A DNA stretch of 64,000 bases from a virus: positions 1-64,000 of IMG/VR virus record IMGVR_UViG_3300006923_000018; one strand, written 5' to 3'. How positions within the stretch are numbered: position 1 is the first letter of the stretch; every line of letters begins with the position of its first letter. Made by a program: the position numbers and the translations under genes. Of the stretch, positions 58,931 through 64,000 are shown in pieces. The notes under the pieces are model-generated. The model was given only the letters and a program-made list of their open reading frames with translations, searched no databases and was not told the DNA's origin.

Positions 58931-58960
58931 GCCCCCACTATCGTAAGATGGTAGGGGCTT
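58931..58960 (+). terminator. hairpin after fibre gene
   Basis: GCCCC-CACTATC-GTAA-GATGGTA-GGGGC stem-loop; weak U tract. Confidence 0.5.
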
Positions 58961-58961
58961 A

Positions 58962-59378
58962 GTGCATTGGAGGGTTACTTTGGCAGTGCGATTATCTATT
59001 ATTCCGGCAGCCGACAGCATTTGTTTGACTATTCCTGTTGGCGTTAAATGTAGCATTGATTTTGCAGACGAAGAAGCCTGCAATCAGTTGCTCCAGCTTC
59101 AGGGTGATTTCGGCAAGATTAGCGAGCAGGGAATTCTTCCCATCATATTCCAGCATGGTGAAATATTACTTCGCGGTTTAGAGATGAGGACGGAGATCCA
59201 TCAGCATGTTTCTACATTTGAGAAGTCTTGCGAGTCTGCTCAGGCAAATGCACAGGAGAAACTTCGAGAAGAAGTAGAACTTCTTAAAGAAGAAACCCTA
59301 AAAGATATGCTGTTTGAGATTACTGAGGAAAAGCCAATTATATTAGAGTCCGTGCGCCCTGCATCTAAGAAGCTCTAA
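58962..59378 (+). CDS. hypothetical protein
   Basis: 138 aa; GGAGG SD suggests a TTG start near 58980. Confidence 0.6.
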   Translation: MHWRVTLAVRLSIIPAADSICLTIPVGVKCSIDFADEEACNQLLQLQGDFGKISEQGILPIIFQHGEILLRGLEMRTEIHQHVSTFEKSCESAQANAQEKLREEVELLKEETLKDMLFEITEEKPIILESVRPASKKL

Positions 59379-59570
59379 TTTTTACCCCCCTAGTTTCGTT
59401 TTTTTGATGGTTGAAAGTAAAAAACCATTAATAATTCTGTATACATATATGTATATAGGGGGCTCTGGTTGCGGCCTACCAGTTTTACGTTTTCTCTGCA
59501 AGTAGAGTCTGCCAATTCCATATGATACGCTGGTGTAGAATTTAATAGGTTTTCTGCTCGGGGTTTAATC

Positions 59571-60377
59571 ATGTCTACAGTTCGGCTTGGCTCATTGGGT
59601 CAGGATGTTGTCCTTGTTCAGCAGAGAATCAACCATCATGGCTTCGGTCCATTATCTGAAGATGGTGACTTTGGGAAAAAGACGGAATCTGCTGTGGTGC
59701 AATTCCAGATGGCGCAAGGGCTGAGGGGTGACGGGGTAGTGGGGCCGTTGACGTGGGGTGAACTGCTCGATGACTATGCGGAGGCGGTAGGTGGTCGGGC
59801 GGAGATAGCCCTTATGGTGCGCGAGAAGGAGTTGGGGGGCCTTGTGGCCAGCGCGGGCTCAGGGGCCGATATAGGGGCTGTTTTGTCGTTTGCGGTTGAA
59901 GATCTGGGCAAGCGCGAGCATCCCAGTGGTTCGAACGCCGGTCCTCATATTTCTCACTTGGTTGACGGATACCACGATTACTGGAAGCTGGATAAGTCTA
60001 AATATCCGGCCCTGCCCTGGTGTGCGATGGCTGTGAGCCGATGGATTTATCATGGGCTCGGGCTGAGTTCATGGAAGGAGCACCCGTTCGGCCATTTCTT
60101 CGGTGGCGTCGGTCAGATAGAAGACTGGTCGAAGGAGCACGGCAAATTTTTCACCCCCGAAGAAGATGGTCTTCCCCCTGTAGGAGCTATATTTTTGATG
60201 TCCAGATCATCTTCTGGCTCAGATCCGAGCCGATCGGCCAGATCAGGTCATACTGGTTTAATCCTATCTGTAGAAGATGATCAAATCGTAACAATAGAAG
60301 GCAATGTAAAAAACTCAGTAACATCAATGAACCGTAATCTGTCTGTCCTGACTGGGTATGTAATCTGGTGGGAATAA
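59571..60377 (+). CDS. endolysin: peptidoglycan-binding domain + CHAP amidase
   Basis: DGDFGKKTESAV..FQ..GL..DGVVGPLTW (PGBD); PWCA, GHTG and TIEGN (CHAP Cys-His). Confidence 0.9.
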   Translation: MSTVRLGSLGQDVVLVQQRINHHGFGPLSEDGDFGKKTESAVVQFQMAQGLRGDGVVGPLTWGELLDDYAEAVGGRAEIALMVREKELGGLVASAGSGADIGAVLSFAVEDLGKREHPSGSNAGPHISHLVDGYHDYWKLDKSKYPALPWCAMAVSRWIYHGLGLSSWKEHPFGHFFGGVGQIEDWSKEHGKFFTPEEDGLPPVGAIFLMSRSSSGSDPSRSARSGHTGLILSVEDDQIVTIEGNVKNSVTSMNRNLSVLTGYVIWWE

Positions 60378-60388
60378 TTGGAGTAATC

Positions 60389-60607
60389 ATGGATAAATTA
60401 AAATCTCGTAAGTTCTGGTTAGCAATCTTAGGCGCTTTAATGCCAATAGTCGGAGGATATGTGAGTCAGAGCCTATCATTAGAGCAGGCCCTAAGCGCAT
60501 CTAGCGCTGTCCTGATCGCCTATATAGTTGGTCAGGCATATGTTGATGGCAAGGAGAAAGAGTCCGCCCCAGTAAGGCTTTCCCTTCCTAAAGCTAAGGA
60601 AGAGTAA
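60389..60607 (+). CDS. holin
   Basis: KLKSRKFW N-terminus, two TMs, YIVGQAYVD; immediately after endolysin. Confidence 0.75.
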   Translation: MDKLKSRKFWLAILGALMPIVGGYVSQSLSLEQALSASSAVLIAYIVGQAYVDGKEKESAPVRLSLPKAKEE

Positions 60608-61033
60608 TCCAGCTAAGGATAACCGCTGACGGTAATCTGGGCGGGTTTGTGGTGCAGAATAACAGTTCGGTAATCCCCATTACTAAACCTTGCTTTCTAA
60701 GCGCGTTATTCTGCACCACTCACCCACTTTCCCACCTATATAATCTTATTATTTACTTCAAAAGTCCTCCTGAAAGTGCGCCTTTAAACTGGAATATGGG
60801 ACCGCTTCAAGATTTTACATTTATCATGGTAGTCAAATAACCTGAAATGTGGTATTTGTAGGAGTGTATTCGGAATCAACCGGTGCACCGGGGGGCCGAT
60901 CTGATGCACCTTATATATAGGGGACAGGCTAGGATATGGCGACACACCAGCAAAATGCTGTTTCAACCGTCACTTTCAAGCAGTAATCAGAAAGCTTATC
61001 CATTGTAATCTACAACAACAGCAGGAGGGCGCA

Positions 61034-62311
61034 ATGCCTGAAGATAAGACAGAAGAGAAACAAAACATCTCGGGGACAGGAACGCGGATCGATTGGAGTA
61101 CATCTAATTTTAGTATTACTCCGAGTAATTTGCAGGCGCTATGTGATCAGGCGGGTCTGGGGATCAGCATTGATCCAATAGATCTGAATTCGGTTGTTAA
61201 GCGAATCGGAAATAACTATAAGCGAAAGGTGCGCGGTCAGTATGAATTCCAGAGCAAGATCGTAAAAACTGGTGATTCTGATAAGACAATCATATCTGTT
61301 GCCATTTGGGAGCAAGATGAGATCACCGAGGAATCGAAAGCAGAGCACGTTAATCGTCTAGTATGGGATAACATCTCATCTCTCTGGCTTGACACTGGTC
61401 TTAAAAAAGTTGATGAGAATGCTCCGGCTGATGAGCAGCGCACCCAGGCTGCCATCATCGCTGCAACTTCTTATCTGCTCGGAGCAATCCGGCATGACCA
61501 GAAGCATCTCAACAGCACGCAGCTATACTGCTTGTACCTGAAAAGCTATCTCTCTGACAAGTGTATGGCAGTTGGAGTCTTCAATCATCGCTGCAAGCCG
61601 TATTACATCGGTCCTGGTTTTGAAGAGGAGAATTTTCAAAAGTTCTTATCATTTATGGGTAAGCTAACCTCATATTCTGATAAGAATGGTCAGCGATGGT
61701 TGTTCGACTGCACGTATCCCTCCACACAAACTGCAATCAATAATGCAGAGCAGGGCATATCCTGTATGGTAGAGGAGCTTCAGGAGAAGATGAGCGTATG
61801 GCGTAACTCTAAGAACAATGTTCGAGGAGACGCGCTTGCTGAGCGTATTGCTGAGTTTAATGATATTAAATCATTTGCTGGTCTTTTCTCTGATGCGCTT
61901 GAGTGTCAGATGGAGAGCCTAACTTCTGATTTTGATAAATGTCAGAGTATGATCGATCAGGCCATCAAATACCGTGACGCAGGCGCGAGCCCGCGTCTAA
62001 TTAAAGTGTTCCAGCGACTCATTGATCGTCACGATGATAATTGTCCGATGGGATTCGTTATCCCATCAGATGCCCTGCTTAATGTGAGCAAGGTGAAGAA
62101 GCCTAAGATCGGAGTCTTATGCGCTACCGCGTTGAAGGCGCCATCTTATTACAGTCCGTCAGGGTTAGGCGGTAAGGCTCTGAAGGCTTGCGGCTATCAA
62201 GGACGACTGATTGAAACTAAGGCTAAGAATTTCGACGAGGTAATGGAATACGATCTTGTTGTTATGAAGCTTGCTGAGGAAGAAAATCCAGAGGTGGAGG
62301 CGAATAGCTAG
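61034..62311 (+). CDS. hypothetical protein, first gene of early-type cluster
   Basis: 425 aa; leader TACAACAACAGCAGGAGG. Confidence 0.8.
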   Translation: MPEDKTEEKQNISGTGTRIDWSTSNFSITPSNLQALCDQAGLGISIDPIDLNSVVKRIGNNYKRKVRGQYEFQSKIVKTGDSDKTIISVAIWEQDEITEESKAEHVNRLVWDNISSLWLDTGLKKVDENAPADEQRTQAAIIAATSYLLGAIRHDQKHLNSTQLYCLYLKSYLSDKCMAVGVFNHRCKPYYIGPGFEEENFQKFLSFMGKLTSYSDKNGQRWLFDCTYPSTQTAINNAEQGISCMVEELQEKMSVWRNSKNNVRGDALAERIAEFNDIKSFAGLFSDALECQMESLTSDFDKCQSMIDQAIKYRDAGASPRLIKVFQRLIDRHDDNCPMGFVIPSDALLNVSKVKKPKIGVLCATALKAPSYYSPSGLGGKALKACGYQGRLIETKAKNFDEVMEYDLVVMKLAEEENPEVEANS

Positions 62312-62327
62312 ACAGCTAATCTTATTC

Positions 62328-62353
62328 GACGGGGTGCCCTTTGGTGCCCCGTC
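62328..62353 (+). terminator. GC-rich hairpin
   Basis: GACGGGG...CCCCGTC stem followed by ATCTTTATT. Confidence 0.55.
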
Positions 62354-62363
62354 ATCTTTATTG

Positions 62364-62407
62364 CAACAACATTATTTACTACAACAACATTATTTACTAC
62401 AACAACA
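62364..62407 (+). repeat. 18-bp tandem repeat x2.4 in a gene leader
   Basis: CAACAACATTATTTACTA x2, then CAACAACA running into GGAG. Confidence 0.9.
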
Positions 62408-62416
62408 GGAGTAATC

Positions 62417-62791
62417 ATGCAGGCAATAGCGCTGAAACTTAAATGGACTGAGTATACGGGTCCGCATAGCATAATCAATTCGATGAAAGTGATATTTGAT
62501 CTTGTGGTGGAAGCCTATCATGATGATATTACTTATGATCTTTCATTCCTAACTAAGTATTGCGCTGAATTAGATCTGCCCAATCTTGACAACGAATCAC
62601 TCCGTTGGAGTGTAGGCAATTGTGGTAGTCAGATCGGTATAGTGGAACATGGTGCCGAGTCTCGGTGGACTCATCATTGTGCCTCTTATCTGCACTACGA
62701 AATTCAGTTTTACAAGAACAAGTTTAAGCTTGTCCAGGTGGACGCTCACCTCACTTCCGAGAAGTACATCAATGCTATTGGGGGTATGTAA
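62417..62791 (+). CDS. hypothetical protein
   Basis: AGGAG SD with CAA leader. Confidence 0.7.
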   Translation: MQAIALKLKWTEYTGPHSIINSMKVIFDLVVEAYHDDITYDLSFLTKYCAELDLPNLDNESLRWSVGNCGSQIGIVEHGAESRWTHHCASYLHYEIQFYKNKFKLVQVDAHLTSEKYINAIGGM

Positions 62792-63264
62792 TGTCTAAGA
62801 TCATATCTGATCATCAGCGTATAGCAGGCGCCACCCAGACATCTGAATACTGCGGAGACATCCAATCGCTTGCTCGTACTTATATTGGATTTATTCAGGA
62901 ACATCGCAACAAACAAAATCATCCTTTGGGTAGGCAGTTCTATGTTGCCGATGAGGAGGAAGGTAAGGTTTACCTCTCACTCATTAAAGGCCCCATGGAT
63001 AAGTCGTGGGGCGAGATCCCCCGCAAGCTAAGGCATAAGTTGATGCGGCTGGTAATTGGCAACGTCCAATCTTCTCATGCTCTTTTACTTATTGAGGTAT
63101 TTGAGGTGGTCTATCTAAGCTGTCATGGCTTAAATGATCACTTCATGTGGAGCTTTAAGGTTGGCTCTACATCAGAATCAGATCTGATTTACCAAGATTT
63201 ACCAACAACAACACTTAACATCTGGAAAGAAGGCATAAACTCAGTCGTTTATACCCAAATTTAA
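62791..63264 (+). CDS. hypothetical protein
   Basis: 157 aa; coupled by a TAATG overlap. Confidence 0.7.
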   Translation: MSKIISDHQRIAGATQTSEYCGDIQSLARTYIGFIQEHRNKQNHPLGRQFYVADEEEGKVYLSLIKGPMDKSWGEIPRKLRHKLMRLVIGNVQSSHALLLIEVFEVVYLSCHGLNDHFMWSFKVGSTSESDLIYQDLPTTTLNIWKEGINSVVYTQI

Positions 63265-63376
63265 TACGTCTAATTTACCGTAATCGGGTTAGTTAGGATC
63301 GCGATTCAATAGAAAAACCTCAAAACGTCGCCTGAAAATGGCGGTTGTAGGCGGGTTTCTATATGTTTACACGTTC

Positions 63377-63405
63377 TTGACAACCACTAACCCTTCGCGT
63401 GTAAT
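63377..63405 (+). promoter_or_regulatory. sigma70-type promoter
   Basis: TTGACA (63377-63382), 17-bp spacer, TGTAAT (63400-63405). Confidence 0.7.
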
Positions 63406-63467
63406 AATAGGGCATGTTGTCAATTTATTCCTCGCGCGCGACGGCGCTCATAACAACAGGGCAATCA

Positions 63468-63794
63468 ATGGCCACAAAACTATCCCCCACAGTTAGCGCA
63501 ATCCTATGTCATGCGTTCAAGGTATCCATGGACACTGCTCAGATCTGGATCAAGTCTGGTCGTGTCTGTGTTGGCGCTCCATCGGATCACCGTTTGAACC
63601 ATTACGGTCCACGCGTGATCGGAGTTGATAGAACCTTGGAAAATCTAGACGATGGGCTCACCGATCGCTTTGAGATCCGAGTGTTAGTGCCTGATGAATG
63701 CGATCACCTTGTGAGAATTTGGCACACTGTGATCTTTACGCCGCCACCTACTAAGATTTTTAATTCAATTCAACAACAGCAGGAGATCAAATGA
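63468..63794 (+). CDS. hypothetical protein
   Basis: Leader TAACAACAGGGCAATCAATG favours ATG 63468. Confidence 0.65.
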   Translation: MATKLSPTVSAILCHAFKVSMDTAQIWIKSGRVCVGAPSDHRLNHYGPRVIGVDRTLENLDDGLTDRFEIRVLVPDECDHLVRIWHTVIFTPPPTKIFNSIQQQQEIK

Positions 63795-64000
63795 ATCTAC
63801 AACTAGATCAAACTAAAATAGCAATGAGATTAGTAGAAAAGGTTTTGCATCGTGCTCAAATCCCGCGTCGTGATCTTAGTCCAAATCAGATTCGTCGCCT
63901 GAATATGGATGATCTTGCAAGAGCGGAGCAAATTCTCGCAGTACTCATCTACTCAGGCACACTGCTTGAGATAGATGAGAGTGAGAATTCTCCCGACTAT
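63791..64000 (+). CDS. hypothetical protein, 3'-truncated by the window
   Basis: CAACAACAGCAGGAG leader, ATG 63791, open to the window end. Confidence 0.65.
   Translation, partial: MNLQLDQTKIAMRLVEKVLHRAQIPRRDLSPNQIRRLNMDDLARAEQILAVLIYSGTLLEIDESENSPDY

Noticed and set aside
62364-62407. Direct repeats as a mini-CRISPR array
   Set aside because: The 18-bp units are head-to-tail with no spacers and form a gene leader.
63791-64000. Exact circular join of window end to window start
   Set aside because: The terminal ORF would continue in frame 1, not the frame of ORF 2..637, and no terminal repeat is visible.
1-64000. Stop-codon reassignment or a contractile tail
   Set aside because: Genes are full-length and densely packed under the standard code, and no sheath or baseplate-wedge genes are recognisable.

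Overview
The whole window is tailed-phage (Caudoviricetes, siphovirus-like) DNA. There are no host flanks, and I recognise no integrase, repressor or DNA polymerase. ORFs run off both ends, so the genome continues beyond the window. Layout: small early-type genes with (CAA)n leaders (61-64 kb and 1-1.8 kb); a 1.8-kb repeat-rich non-coding region that may be an origin or packaging site (1.8-3.6 kb); DNA methyltransferases and a minus-strand accessory block (3.7-13.7 kb); GpA-type terminase, portal-MuF fusion, protease/scaffold, capsid, neck and non-contractile tail genes (14-42.7 kb); replication/recombination genes with tRNA-Asn (44.4-53 kb); tandem ParB-like paralogs; a separate fibre cassette (55-59 kb); and endolysin-holin. 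The most unusual observation is a candidate virion glyco-decoration system. A 964-aa protein with three GT-A glycosyltransferase domains plus TPR, a degenerate TylF-like sugar O-methyltransferase and a degenerate SGNH esterase-like protein all sit inside the head/neck operon. The two tail-tip proteins carry several copies of an insert resembling the surface-exposed flagellin D2 (Flagellin_IN) domain. All family calls come from motif recognition by eye; no searches were run.
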